This document shows, piece after piece, positions 54,013 through 63,838 of a stretch of 64,000 nt of DNA (position 1 is the first letter of the stretch; every line of letters starts with the position of its first letter). Position numbers and translations under genes: made by a program. Source of the DNA: Actinomycetes bacterium (GTDB lineage Bacteria; Actinomycetota; UBA4738; HRBIN12). A model generated the notes under the pieces. That model saw only the letters and a program-made list of their open reading frames with translations, did no database searches and was not told the DNA's origin. Where the stretch lies: NCBI GenBank assembly GCA_021155985.1, contig JAJNBA010000005.1:61855-125854 (forward strand). The letters run 5' to 3'.

Positions 54013-54375
54013 CTAGGGTCTCGCGGTACACACGCAGAACAACGTTCCCTGCGGGTCGGACATCGTCGTCCAGCGGCTGCCGCCGTCCGCCGTCTCGTCG
54101 ATCGTCCACTCCACCGTCGCGCCGAGTCCTCGAAGCCGAGTCACCTCCGCGTCGACGTCGTCGACCCGGAGATCGAGGTGGACGGGGTTCTTCCCGGGCC
54201 CGATCGCGTCCACCTGCTGGATCACCACGGCGGGTCGCGCGTCCCCCGCCGGAGGGACGAGCACGACGAAGGGGCCGCGCGCCGAGCGTCGCTCGTAGCC
54301 CAGCGCCGCCTGCCAGAACGCCACCGCGCCGGCGGAGTCCGTCGCGTCGATCGTGACCTCGATCGACGCCGTCAG
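54013..54375 (-). CDS. VOC/glyoxalase-like protein (in frame with the upstream ORF, probably a separate gene)
   Basis: VTIDA..AFWQAALG, KNPVHLDL, DPQG..FCV. Confidence 0.75.
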   Translation of the reverse strand: MTASIEVTIDATDSAGAVAFWQAALGYERRSARGPFVVLVPPAGDARPAVVIQQVDAIGPGKNPVHLDLRVDDVDAEVTRLRGLGATVEWTIDETADGGSRWTTMSDPQGTLFCVCTARP

Positions 54376-55125
54376 GGGACCCCGACCTCCTCCCTCCCAG
54401 ATCCCCAGCGTCCGGTCGTCGTCCTGCCACTCCTCATGGAGCTCCCACTGGACACCGAGGACGAACGAGGAGGATCCGGGCATCTCCACGGCTTCGATCG
54501 TTCCATGAGGCGCCCAGGCAACGGCCTCCAAGCCCGTCCCCAGATCCTTGACCGCCTGATGGTGGTAGCTGTCGACCTCCGCATGCTCGCCCAGGTGCGA
54601 CGCGAGCAGGGAGCCGGGCTTCACATCGACCGGATGCGTGGGATGTGGCGGCCGGGGCGCTCCTTCGAGCGTCGCCGTCACCAGCGCTCGCCATTCGCCC
54701 CACTTCGCCCCCGGATGGTCCGCCCCGCCCCGTGGGAACTCCTCCAGGTCCCCGTAGAGCGTTCCGCCCAGGGCGACGTTCAGGACCTGGCATCCGCGGC
54801 ACACGCCGAGGACGGGCACCTCTTCCTCTACCGCGAGCAGCGCGTACGACAGGTCGATCTCGTCGAGGAACGGCTGCCCGGGGAGGTGCTTCGGATGTGG
54901 CTCTTCTCGGCCGTACCGCCACGCCTCGATGTCGCGCCCGCCGGCCAGGACCAACCCGTCGATCCGCTCGATCAGCTCGACCCGATCCTCCTCGCGTTCG
55001 TAGAACGGCAGGAGGACGGGGAGGGCGCCCGCTGCGAGGAGCGGGCGCCCGTACCCGTAGCCGTAGTAGTCGCCGTAGTCGGCGAAGCCTTCCGAGATCG
55101 CGACCAGCGGGCGCCGATCCGTCAT
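54372..55125 (-). CDS. gamma-glutamyl hydrolase family (peptidase C26/PuuD-like), 3' end disrupted
   Basis: GLVLAGGRDI, GVCRGCQ nucleophile, SYHHQAV, IEAVE, GVQWELHE; probable native stop at 54372 in another frame. Confidence 0.8.
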
Positions 55126-55147
55126 GGATCCGACCTCGGCACCCTCG

Positions 55148-55582
55148 TCAGTGGCCGGCGGGACGTTCCCAGCCTTCCAGCACCGGCGGCGTCCAGTCCG
55201 TTCCCACCGTCTCGGATCCCTCGACCCACGGTCCGAGCTCGGGTTGCGGGAACTTCGCGTGCTTCGCCTTCAGCTGGATCCCGTAGGAGTTGCCCTCGAT
55301 CAGGTGCTTCATCAGGACCTTGCGGGCGATCTCGTCCTCGCGCCCGCCGGGGATGTCGAAGTAGATCTTCAGGAACGAGTTCGAGTAGCGATCGAACACC
55401 GCGGCCACGCCGTCCTCCTGCAGCAGCGTGACGTCTTCGAGCCAGTTCAGGTCCTGGCCCGGTGTGAGCGTGTCCAGATCCACGTCCTCCACGAGGGAGA
55501 TGTCCTCCTGGTACGGGAACCGTCGGCCGGCGAGCTCCTCGGCGTCGATCCCGATCTTCGTCGAGAGGTGCGGCTCGTTCAT
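55148..55582 (-). CDS. Hypothetical acidic protein in the gma/mgs operon
   Basis: 144-aa ORF co-directional between mgsC and the C26 hydrolase; no recognised motif. Confidence 0.75.
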   Translation of the reverse strand: MNEPHLSTKIGIDAEELAGRRFPYQEDISLVEDVDLDTLTPGQDLNWLEDVTLLQEDGVAAVFDRYSNSFLKIYFDIPGGREDEIARKVLMKHLIEGNSYGIQLKAKHAKFPQPELGPWVEGSETVGTDWTPPVLEGWERPAGH

Positions 55583-55611
55583 GACGTCCCTTCTGACCCT
55601 GATCGGTGGTT

Positions 55612-57015
55612 TCAGCCGGGGAACTGCCCGGTATCGGCGAGGTACTTCTGCATCATCGTCTTGATGTCCTCGAGCGTCTCCTTGTCCGTGACGCCGGGGA
55701 TGTAGTCGGTACCGGCGAGCGGCACCTTCGCCATCGCGGCCGCCTCCACGGTGAGCGCGCAGAGGTCTTCCGGCTCCAGCGAGTGGACGTCGGTCTTGCC
55801 GCAGGCGCGGGCGAGCATCTGGAGCTCCATCGTCATCGCCGTCAGGAAGTTGTAGACGCGTTCGGCTGCCGAGTCGACCTCGAGCCGCTTGCGCAGCTCC
55901 GGATCCTGCGTCGTGATCCCGACCGGGCACCGGCCGGTGTGGCAGTGGTAGCACTGACCGGCCGGCACGCCGACGGTGCCCTCGTAATCGGTGACCCCGG
56001 GGATCTCCTTGTTGCAGTTCAGGGCCATCAGCGCCGAGTGTCCGATCGCGACCGCCGTCGCGCCGAGGGCCAGGCACTTCGCGACGTCCGCGCCGTTGCG
56101 GATCCCGCCGGCCACGACCAGGTCCACCTCGTCCACCAGGCCGACATCCTCGAGGGCGCGACGAGCCTCGGGGATCGCGGCCATCAGCGGGATGCCGGTC
56201 TCCTCGGCGGCGATGTGGGGGCCGGCCCCCGTCGAGCCCTCGGCCCCGTCGAGGTAGATGATGTCCGGGCCGCACTTCGCGGCCATCCGCACGTCGTCGT
56301 AGACGCGGGCCGCGCCCAGCTTCAGCTGGATCGGGATCCGGTAGTCGGTCGCCTCGCGAACCTCCTGGACCTTCAGCGAGAGGTCGTCGGGCCCGAGCCA
56401 GTCCGGATGCCGGGCGGGCGAGCGCTGATCGATCCCGGCGGGGAGCGATCGCATCTCGGCCACCTGCTCGGTGACCTTCTGGCCCATCAGGTGGCCGCCG
56501 AGCCCGACCTTGCACCCCTGACCGATGAAGAACTCGCACGCGTCGGCCAGCATCAAGTGGTGCGGGTTGAACCCGTACCGCGACTGGATGTTCTGGTAGT
56601 ACCACTTCGTCGAGAGGTCCCGCTCGGGCGGGATCATCCCGCCTTCCCCCGAGCAGGTGGCCGTGCCGGCCATCGAGGCGCCCTTCGCGAGCGCCATCTT
56701 GGCCTCGAGCGACAGCGCGCCGAACGACATCCCCGTGATGTAGATCGGGATGTCGAGCTCGATCGGGTGCGTCGCGAAGCGGGCGCCGAGGACCGTCCTC
56801 GTGTCGCACTTCTCGCGGTAGCCCTCGATCACGAAGCGGGTCAGGGTGCCGGGCAGGAACATCAGCTGGTCCCAGCCGGGCATCGGCTTGAACATCGAGA
56901 ACCCGCGCATCCGGTAGCGACCGAGCTCCGACTTCACGTGGATGTCGTTGATGACCTCCTCCGTGAAGATGGGGCTCCGCCCCAGGACCTCCTTGCGGGA
57001 GGACACCTCCGCCAT
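55612..57015 (-). CDS. mgsC: N-methylglutamate synthase FMN-binding subunit
   Basis: GMSFGALS, GQGCKVGLGG, RSPARHPDWLGPDDL, CYHCHTGRCPVG. Confidence 0.88.
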   Translation of the reverse strand: MAEVSSRKEVLGRSPIFTEEVINDIHVKSELGRYRMRGFSMFKPMPGWDQLMFLPGTLTRFVIEGYREKCDTRTVLGARFATHPIELDIPIYITGMSFGALSLEAKMALAKGASMAGTATCSGEGGMIPPERDLSTKWYYQNIQSRYGFNPHHLMLADACEFFIGQGCKVGLGGHLMGQKVTEQVAEMRSLPAGIDQRSPARHPDWLGPDDLSLKVQEVREATDYRIPIQLKLGAARVYDDVRMAAKCGPDIIYLDGAEGSTGAGPHIAAEETGIPLMAAIPEARRALEDVGLVDEVDLVVAGGIRNGADVAKCLALGATAVAIGHSALMALNCNKEIPGVTDYEGTVGVPAGQCYHCHTGRCPVGITTQDPELRKRLEVDSAAERVYNFLTAMTMELQMLARACGKTDVHSLEPEDLCALTVEAAAMAKVPLAGTDYIPGVTDKETLEDIKTMMQKYLADTGQFPG

Positions 57016-57043
57016 ATCGTCTCCTTCGGTCTCCGCCGGCGGC

Positions 57044-57835
57044 TCAGATGACGAGCTTCTTCTCGCTCGGCTCGAGGTTGTCGTAGTTGTAGAGCATCTT
57101 GCCGCACACGAACTTCTGGAACGCGGGTGGGGTCCCGAGGCCGTAGATCCGGAACTTGCGCTCGATCAGCTCGGTGTCGGCGTCGGTCCACTCCCCCTCG
57201 ACGCAGTCGATGCCGAGGGATTTCACCGATCCGGCGACGTAGATCTGGCCGTCGTACATCGAGTCGCCGAGGCCGGGGCCGACGTCGCCGAGGATGATCT
57301 GGCGGCCGCGCTGCATCATGAACGCGGTCATCGTGCCGGCGTCGCCGCCGACGATGATCGTGCCGCCCTTCTGGTCGATCCCGGTTCGGGCCCCGACGCT
57401 CCCGTGCACGACGAGGTCACCGCCGCGCATCGCCGCGCCCGTGAGGGACCCGGCGTTCTTCTCGATCACCACGACGCCGGACATCATGTTCTCGCACACC
57501 GACCAGCCGACCCGTCCGGTGACGGTGATCTCCGGGCCGTCGATCAGCCCGAGCCCGAAGTAGCCCAGGGAGCCTTCGTACCGGATCCGGCAACGCTGCA
57601 GGATCCCGACGCCGATCGAGTGCTTCGCGCCCGGGTTCCGCACGGTGACGTCGAGGATCCTCAGCTCGTAGAGCAGCCACCGGAGCTCCAGGTTGATCTG
57701 GCGGGTCGTCAGCTCCGTCGCGTCGAAGCTCGCCGCGGCCCCGTCGATGTCGGAGACCTTGGGGACCTCCGCGTGCGGCTCGGCGAGGCCGCGCGCGTCG
57801 TACGTGGTGCGCCGGGCCCCGCTCATCGTGTCCAC
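57044..57835 (-). CDS. mgsB: N-methylglutamate synthase GXGXG (GltB/FmdC C-terminal) subunit
   Basis: NPGAKHSIGVG, ENMMSG, repeated Gly motifs, GDSMYDG; start could be ATG 57826. Confidence 0.85.
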   Translation of the reverse strand: MDTMSGARRTTYDARGLAEPHAEVPKVSDIDGAAASFDATELTTRQINLELRWLLYELRILDVTVRNPGAKHSIGVGILQRCRIRYEGSLGYFGLGLIDGPEITVTGRVGWSVCENMMSGVVVIEKNAGSLTGAAMRGGDLVVHGSVGARTGIDQKGGTIIVGGDAGTMTAFMMQRGRQIILGDVGPGLGDSMYDGQIYVAGSVKSLGIDCVEGEWTDADTELIERKFRIYGLGTPPAFQKFVCGKMLYNYDNLEPSEKKLVI

Positions 57836-58752
57836 ACGAGCACCTGCCCTTCGTAGGGATCCGTCGTCTCGATCTCGCGGTTCAAGACCGCGCGGATCGC
57901 GATCTCCTCCGACGCCATCGCCACGATGCCGTCGGACTCGTACAGGACGAGGGGTTTGGCGGCCATCTCGTCCTTCGCCACACCGAGCGCGTCCTGCGTG
58001 ACCGCCATGTAGGTGAACACGCCGTCGAGCTCATCGAGACTCCTGTGCATCGCATCCTCGAGGGAGTCGCCGTCGGCCATCTTCTCGGCGAGGTAGACGG
58101 CGATGATCTCGGAGTCGCACTCCGACTGGAACCGGTGACCGCTGGACTCCAGACGGCGCTTCCACTGGAAGTAGTTCGTCAGCTGCCCGTTGTGGACGAC
58201 CGCCACGTCGGAGAACGGATACGCCCAGTACGGGTGGGCGCCGGAGATGTCGACGTCGGATTCCGTGGCCATCCGCACATGCCCGATCGCGTGGGTGCCG
58301 CTGAACCCGCCGAGCCGGTAGAGATCCGAGACCTCCTGGGCGTCGCCCAGATCCTTCACGATCTCCAGGGAATGCCCGAGCGAGAGCACCTCGCACCCCG
58401 GCACGTCCTCGAGGTAGTCGGCCAGCGCCTTCATGTCGCCGTCATAGCGCACCGTCGCCCGGTAGGCGTATTCCGTCTCCCGCTCGACGCGATCCACCGA
58501 GGCGCCGATCTTGTGGAGGCGGGATTCCACCTCCTGGCGATGGCGCTCGAGTCGCTCCTTGAAGTCGAAGTCGCGTGGGTCGTTCGCATCGGCGAGCTTG
58601 AAGCGGATCACGACGAGCTCGGATGGCTCCCCGAAGAGCGCGTATCCGGACGAGTCGGGGCCGCGGTGCTTCATCGCCTGGAGCATGCGTGTCATCTCGC
58701 TCCCGACGTCAGATGAGCCGTCGCGATGGATGATGCCTGCGATGCCGCACAT
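57823..58752 (-). CDS. mgsA: N-methylglutamate synthase class II glutamine amidotransferase subunit
   Basis: N-terminal MCGIAG, HRGPDSSG, HVRMATES, HNGQLTN, CDSE. Confidence 0.88.
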   Translation of the reverse strand: MCGIAGIIHRDGSSDVGSEMTRMLQAMKHRGPDSSGYALFGEPSELVVIRFKLADANDPRDFDFKERLERHRQEVESRLHKIGASVDRVERETEYAYRATVRYDGDMKALADYLEDVPGCEVLSLGHSLEIVKDLGDAQEVSDLYRLGGFSGTHAIGHVRMATESDVDISGAHPYWAYPFSDVAVVHNGQLTNYFQWKRRLESSGHRFQSECDSEIIAVYLAEKMADGDSLEDAMHRSLDELDGVFTYMAVTQDALGVAKDEMAAKPLVLYESDGIVAMASEEIAIRAVLNREIETTDPYEGQVLVWTR

Positions 58753-58817
58753 GGAGGGAAGAGCTCCTTTCTCGGTTCTTTGGTCGCCTCGTCTTCGGTC
58801 CTCGGGTCCTCTCGCTC

Positions 58818-60125
58818 CTAGGGAAGCACGTCCAGGTACTCGGCGACGTCCCAATCACTGACCGTCCCGATGAACCGCTTCCACTCATCCGTCTTGTAGT
58901 GCATGAACACCCGGTACATGTCTCCTGGGAGCGCCGTCTTCACCACGTCGTCCGCTGGGGGCCCCGGATCCAGGTTGCGGGCCAGTCCGTCCTTCATCGC
59001 CATCAGGAGCGCGGCGAACGACAGGTACGGGTTCACTGCCGAGTCCACGGACCGGTACTCGTACCGTCCGGGCGCCGAGATCCGCAGCGCGGTCGTCCGG
59101 TTCTGGAACCCCCAGTCGGCGAAGATCGGCGCCCAGAACCCCGCGTCGGCGAATCGCCGGTAGGAATTCACGGTCGGGGAGGTGATGCAGGTGAGCGCCC
59201 GGAGGTGCTCCAGCACGCCGCCGATCGCGTGCAGGCCGATCTTGCCCGGCACCCGCGGATCGTCCCCGTCGGGCATGAACATGTTCTCGTCGCCCTGCCA
59301 CAGCGAGATGTTGTGGTGGCAGCCGTTCGCGGAGACGCCCATGAACGGCTTCGGCATGAAGCACGCGAACGCGTTCATCTCCCTGCCGACCTGCCGGCAG
59401 ATCTGGCGGTAGGTCGTGAGTCGGTCGGCGGTGGCCTCGGCTTTGTCGAACATGAAGTTCAACTCGAGCTGTCCGGGCGCGTCCTCGTGATCCCCCTGGA
59501 TCATGTCGAGCCCCATGGCGTCGCCGTACTCCATCACCTTGTGGATGATCGGCTGGAGCTCGGAGAACTGGTCGATGTGGTAGCAGTACGGCTTGGTCTT
59601 GCCGTCCACCGACGGCGTGCCGTCGGGGTTCGTCTTCAGCCACATCATCTCCGGCTCGGTGCCGGCCCGGAGGTGCAGGCCCGTCTCCGCGGTGAACTCG
59701 TCGTGGAGCCGCTTGAGGTTGCCCCGGCAGTCCGACGTCAGGAACGCGCCGCCGTCGACCTCTTCCTCGCGGCCCCGGAAGAGCGTGCAGAAGACCCTCG
59801 CGGTCTTCCGGTCCCACGGCAGAACGCAGAACGTCTCGACGTCGGGGATGCCGACGAGCTCCCGGGCCTCCGGACCGTAGCCGATGTAGTTGCCGAGCCG
59901 GTCGACGAACAGGTTGGCGGTCGACCCGTACACGAGCTGGAAGCCCTTGTGCGCGATCGTCTCCCAGTGTTTGGCCGGGATACCCTTGCCCATGATTCGC
60001 CCGGTGACGGAGACGAACTGGTAGTACATGTACGTCACGCCTTCGGCCTCGATCTGCCGGCGAACCTCCTTGATCGCATCGTCGCGCCCGGACCGCTCCA
60101 CGAACTGCTCGATGTCGGTGGCCAA
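58818..60125 (-). CDS. gmaS: Glutamine synthetase-like gamma-glutamylmethylamide synthetase
   Basis: GTEPE, DHEDAPGQLE, FMPKPF..ANGCH, NRT, EYRSVD..NPY; TTG start with GGAGG; first gene of the mgs operon; probable short C-terminal deletion. Confidence 0.8.
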   Translation of the reverse strand: MATDIEQFVERSGRDDAIKEVRRQIEAEGVTYMYYQFVSVTGRIMGKGIPAKHWETIAHKGFQLVYGSTANLFVDRLGNYIGYGPEARELVGIPDVETFCVLPWDRKTARVFCTLFRGREEEVDGGAFLTSDCRGNLKRLHDEFTAETGLHLRAGTEPEMMWLKTNPDGTPSVDGKTKPYCYHIDQFSELQPIIHKVMEYGDAMGLDMIQGDHEDAPGQLELNFMFDKAEATADRLTTYRQICRQVGREMNAFACFMPKPFMGVSANGCHHNISLWQGDENMFMPDGDDPRVPGKIGLHAIGGVLEHLRALTCITSPTVNSYRRFADAGFWAPIFADWGFQNRTTALRISAPGRYEYRSVDSAVNPYLSFAALLMAMKDGLARNLDPGPPADDVVKTALPGDMYRVFMHYKTDEWKRFIGTVSDWDVAEYLDVLP

Positions 60126-60287
60126 CTGACGCCTCCCTTCGGCGACCCTCCCGCGGGCCGGCTGGGCGCATCCTACGTCGAGTGCCCTGACCCGCGCCAC
60201 GCGCCGGACCTCGGTCCGCGGTCCGTAGGTGAGGGGTATCCTCACGCAGCCCCGGAACAGCCGGCGGGACCGAGGGGAGGCGAGGCC

Positions 60288-61958
60288 GTGAAGAGCGGGC
60301 TGGAGATCGCGCAGGAGGCCGTCCTTCGGCCCATCACCGACGTCGCGGCGGACGCCGGGATCCTCGGGGACGAACTCGAGCAGTACGGCCGATCGAAGGC
60401 GAAGGTCTCGCTCTCGATCCTCGATCGCCTGGCCGACCGGCCCGACGGCAAGCTCGTCATCACCACCGCCATCACCCCCACGAAAGCGGGCGAGGGCAAG
60501 ACGACGACGTCGATCTCGCTCGCCCAGGGCATGGGGAAGATCGGCAAGGACGTGATGCTGTGCCTCCGCGAACCGTCGATGGGACCCGTCTTCGGGATCA
60601 AAGGGGGCGGTAATGGAGGCGGCTACGCCCAGGTCGTCCCGATGGAGGAGATCAACCTGCACTTCAACGGCGACTTCCACGCCGTCCAGGCGGCGCACAA
60701 CCTCCTCGCGGCGGCTCTGGATGCATCGATCTACCACGGGAACGCGCTCGGGATCGACCCGGTCTCGGTGACCTGGCCCCGGACCCTCGACGTCAACGAT
60801 CGCGAGCTCCGGTACTCGGTGGTGGGGCTCGGGGGCAAGCTGCACGGCGTCCCGCGGGAGAACCAGTTCGTGATCGTGGCCGCCTCCGAGATCATGGCGG
60901 TGCTCGCGCTCTCGAACGACCTTCCCGATCTCCGGGCGCGGCTCGGCCGGATCGTGGTGGCCTCCACGTACGACGGGACACCGGTCACGGCCGAAGCGCT
61001 GCGGGTCGCCGGCGCGATGGCGGTGATCATGAAGGAGGCCATCAAGCCGAACCTCGTCCAGACGCTCGAGGGGCAGCCCACGCTGATCCACGCGGGGCCG
61101 TTCGGGAACATCGCGCACGCGAACAACTCGATCATCGAGGATCGGATCGCGCTGAAGCTCGCCGACTACGTCGTCACCGAAGCCGGGTTCGCCTCCGATC
61201 TGGGGTTCCAGAAGTTCTGCGACATCGTGTGCCGCATGGGCGGCTTCACTCCCTCCGCCGGCGTGCTCGTCACGACCGTACGCGCCACGAAGTCCCACGG
61301 CGGCATGCCGTTCGACCAGCTCGCGACCGAGGACGTCGAGGCCTTACGGCTCGGGATCGATAACCTCGCGGCGCACATCGGCATCGTGCGCGAGTACGGC
61401 CTCCCGTGCGTGGTCTCGATCAACGCCTTCCCGACCGACACCGGAAAGGAGATCGAGACGATCAGGGAGCTCGCGGGCGGCGCCGGTGCCGAGACCGTGG
61501 TGGTGAACCGGGCGTTCGCGGAGGGCGGCGCCGGCGCCACCGAGCTCGCCGAGGCCGTCGTCGCCGCGTGCGAGCAGCCGAGCTCGTTCCACCAGCTCAC
61601 GCCCGACGGCGCGCCGCTCAAGGAGCAGATCGAGGCGATCGCCACGCGGATCTACGGAGCGGACGGCGTCGACTACCAGGCTCAGGCCGAGAAGGACCTC
61701 GCCCGCATGGAGCAGCTCGGGTTCGGTGCGATGCCCGTGTGTATGGCCAAGACCCACCTCTCGCTGAGCCACGACCCGCTCCTGCTGAACAGGCCGACCG
61801 GCTACCGGCTCCCCGTCCGGGGTGTCGTGCCCAGCGCCGGCGCCGGGTTCGTGGTCGTGCTGTGCGGCGACATGCAACGGATGCCCGGCCTCGGCAAGAC
61901 ACCCGCGTTCATGCACGTCGACATGGACGCCGAGGGCCGCACCGTCGGCCTCTTCTAG
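60288..61958 (+). CDS. fhs: Formate--tetrahydrofolate ligase
   Basis: TPTKAGEGKTT, GPVFGIKGG, INLHFNGD, HAGPFGNIAH, VTEAGF, CMAKTHLS, MPGL. Confidence 0.95.
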   Translation: MKSGLEIAQEAVLRPITDVAADAGILGDELEQYGRSKAKVSLSILDRLADRPDGKLVITTAITPTKAGEGKTTTSISLAQGMGKIGKDVMLCLREPSMGPVFGIKGGGNGGGYAQVVPMEEINLHFNGDFHAVQAAHNLLAAALDASIYHGNALGIDPVSVTWPRTLDVNDRELRYSVVGLGGKLHGVPRENQFVIVAASEIMAVLALSNDLPDLRARLGRIVVASTYDGTPVTAEALRVAGAMAVIMKEAIKPNLVQTLEGQPTLIHAGPFGNIAHANNSIIEDRIALKLADYVVTEAGFASDLGFQKFCDIVCRMGGFTPSAGVLVTTVRATKSHGGMPFDQLATEDVEALRLGIDNLAAHIGIVREYGLPCVVSINAFPTDTGKEIETIRELAGGAGAETVVVNRAFAEGGAGATELAEAVVAACEQPSSFHQLTPDGAPLKEQIEAIATRIYGADGVDYQAQAEKDLARMEQLGFGAMPVCMAKTHLSLSHDPLLLNRPTGYRLPVRGVVPSAGAGFVVVLCGDMQRMPGLGKTPAFMHVDMDAEGRTVGLF

Positions 61959-62072
61959 CCCTCGCAGCCGACCGGGCGTCGGAGGCACCGGCCGCGGCGA
62001 GGTGCCTGCGCCCACTCCGGACCGGGTGTTCCCCACCTGGCTCCGCTCCGAGCGGTATGGAACGATCGGATC

Positions 62073-62673
62073 GTGAGCGCCACCGCGACCGTCGCCGCCC
62101 TGCCTCGAACCCTCGGTGACGCGATGGCTCCGCGCGTGCGGGCGGCGGCCATCGTGGCGATCGGAGCCGGCGCCTTCGTCGTGGCGAGGCCGTGGCTCCC
62201 CCCGCCGGACCGTCCCGCGCGGGTTGGTCTTCGGCGGGTTCCTGCTGGCGACGATGGGCGCCTCGGTGATCGATGCGGGCAACGCCGACTTCGTGATCCT
62301 GGGGATCGCCTCCTGAATAGCGATGTTCCCCGCGCTGTTCCTCGCGTTCGGAGTGGTTGCCTCGGCGGCGTACGCGGCTCTGGAGGCGCGGGTGCCGGCG
62401 GCCACCGCGCTCTCGCCTCGGATGTGGGCGGTCTCGGCGATCTGCGCCCTGCCGCTGATCCCGGGCGTGATCGGCCTGGCATTCGGGTTCGAGACGAAAC
62501 TCGGCATCCCGCTCGTCGCCGCGTGGGTGGCGATGCTCGCCGTTCCCGCCGTCGAGCGACGCGGACGTCACGGCACGGCGCAGATGCTCCGCGTCGGCGC
62601 GACGGCGGGGATGCTGGTCGTCGTCGGGCTCTCGGGTGCCGAGTACGTCGATAACGCGATCACGATCCTCTAG
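62073..62673 (+). pseudogene. Membrane protein broken across frames (or sequencing errors)
   Basis: Hydrophobic segments continue across three frames with shifts near 62200-62220 and 62300-62320. Confidence 0.55.
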
Positions 62674-62683
62674 CGGTGCCGCC

Positions 62684-63118
62684 TCAGCGGTCCCCGTCGA
62701 CCTCGTCCTCATCCTCGTCGGACGCGGTCACCACGCAGAATTCGTTGCCCTCGGGATCGAGCATGACGCACCACGTGCTGCCGTCCTCCTCGGCCCAGTT
62801 CCGGACGTGGGCCCCGAGCTCCTCCAAGCGCTGCACCTCGTCCTCGAGGGGCCCGTCCGCGCCCAGGTCCAGGTGGACGCGATTCTTCGCGGCCTTCTCC
62901 TCCGGCACCTCGGTGAAGAACAGGACGGGCAGTTCGGCGCCGACGGGTGGTTGGACCATCACCGATGGATCGTCCTCCGGGTCGTAGATCCCCTTCGACG
63001 CGAGGCGTTCGAGCTCCTCCTCGTCGTACGGGGCGACGGACCACCCCAGCGCATCCGCCCAGAAGCGGGCGAGCGGCGCGGCATCGTGGCAATCGAAGAC
63101 GACCGATTCGATCCTCAC
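62684..63118 (-). CDS. VOC/glyoxalase-like protein
   Basis: VFDCHD..LARFWADALG, KNRVHLDL, DPEGNEFCV. Confidence 0.9.
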   Translation of the reverse strand: MRIESVVFDCHDAAPLARFWADALGWSVAPYDEEELERLASKGIYDPEDDPSVMVQPPVGAELPVLFFTEVPEEKAAKNRVHLDLGADGPLEDEVQRLEELGAHVRNWAEEDGSTWCVMLDPEGNEFCVVTASDEDEDEVDGDR

Positions 63119-63168
63119 CGTCCTCGAAGCCTAGGCCAAGCAGCAGGTGGGCGCTCGGGTCGGAACCT

Positions 63169-63801
63169 TCAGGAGGAAAGACGCAGGAGGAAGGCTTCCT
63201 CCAGCTGCTGGAGGAGGGCGTCTGCCCGCGCTCGCAACGCGTCACACTCGTCGACGAGCCCTTGACCCGTCGCTTCGTCCTTGAAACCGGCGGCGTTGAT
63301 CCGAACGTTCGCCATGGCGGCGAGGGCGGCCGCGAACAGGAGCTGTCCCGCCGAGTAGCCGTCGGAGGCCGCGTGGGGGTTCCCCAGCGCGGTCGCATCC
63401 TCCGCCAGTTCCATCAACCCGACTGCTCGCGTCGCGAGCTGGAGCGGGACGGCCGCGGCGCCCGCGTACGCCTCCTGGATCCGCATCGTCCGCGAGGACT
63501 TCTCCTCGTCCGTCCCCTTGGGGAGCCGGAACGCGTCCATCACCGACTGGAACGCGGCGGCGTCCTCGTCGGCGAGGGCCAGGAAGGTCTCGCGCTCCCC
63601 CTCCGCCGAGTCCACCAAGGAGCGCATGCGGGCGTCCAGATCCTCGAAGCCTTCCTTCCCGACGGTGAGGTGGCCCACCATCGCGATCAGGGCCGCCCCC
63701 ATCGCCGCGGCGACCCCGGCGGCAGCACCACCCCCCGGGGTCGGCGATGCCGAGCCGAGCTCGTCCAGCCACGAACCGATCGCGTCGTCGCGCGTGCCCA
63801 T
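63169..63801 (-). CDS. Formiminotetrahydrofolate cyclodeaminase / methenyl-THF cyclohydrolase family
   Basis: PTPGGGAAA, DAAAF, VPL, GNP.A.SD, NVRIN. Confidence 0.88.
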   Translation of the reverse strand: MGTRDDAIGSWLDELGSASPTPGGGAAAGVAAAMGAALIAMVGHLTVGKEGFEDLDARMRSLVDSAEGERETFLALADEDAAAFQSVMDAFRLPKGTDEEKSSRTMRIQEAYAGAAAVPLQLATRAVGLMELAEDATALGNPHAASDGYSAGQLLFAAALAAMANVRINAAGFKDEATGQGLVDECDALRARADALLQQLEEAFLLRLSS

Positions 63802-63838
63802 CGAGGTCTCCTCTCTCTCCCTTTCCACGAGATCGGGC

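Noticed and set aside
54013..55125. C26 hydrolase-VOC fusion protein
   Set aside because: The C26 terminal helix is cut short and a natural-looking end (REEVGVP-TGA) overlaps the VOC start in another frame; probably a deletion artefact.
60126..60287. Possible ZMP/THF riboswitch upstream of fhs or gmaS
   Set aside because: No conserved aptamer motif recognised.
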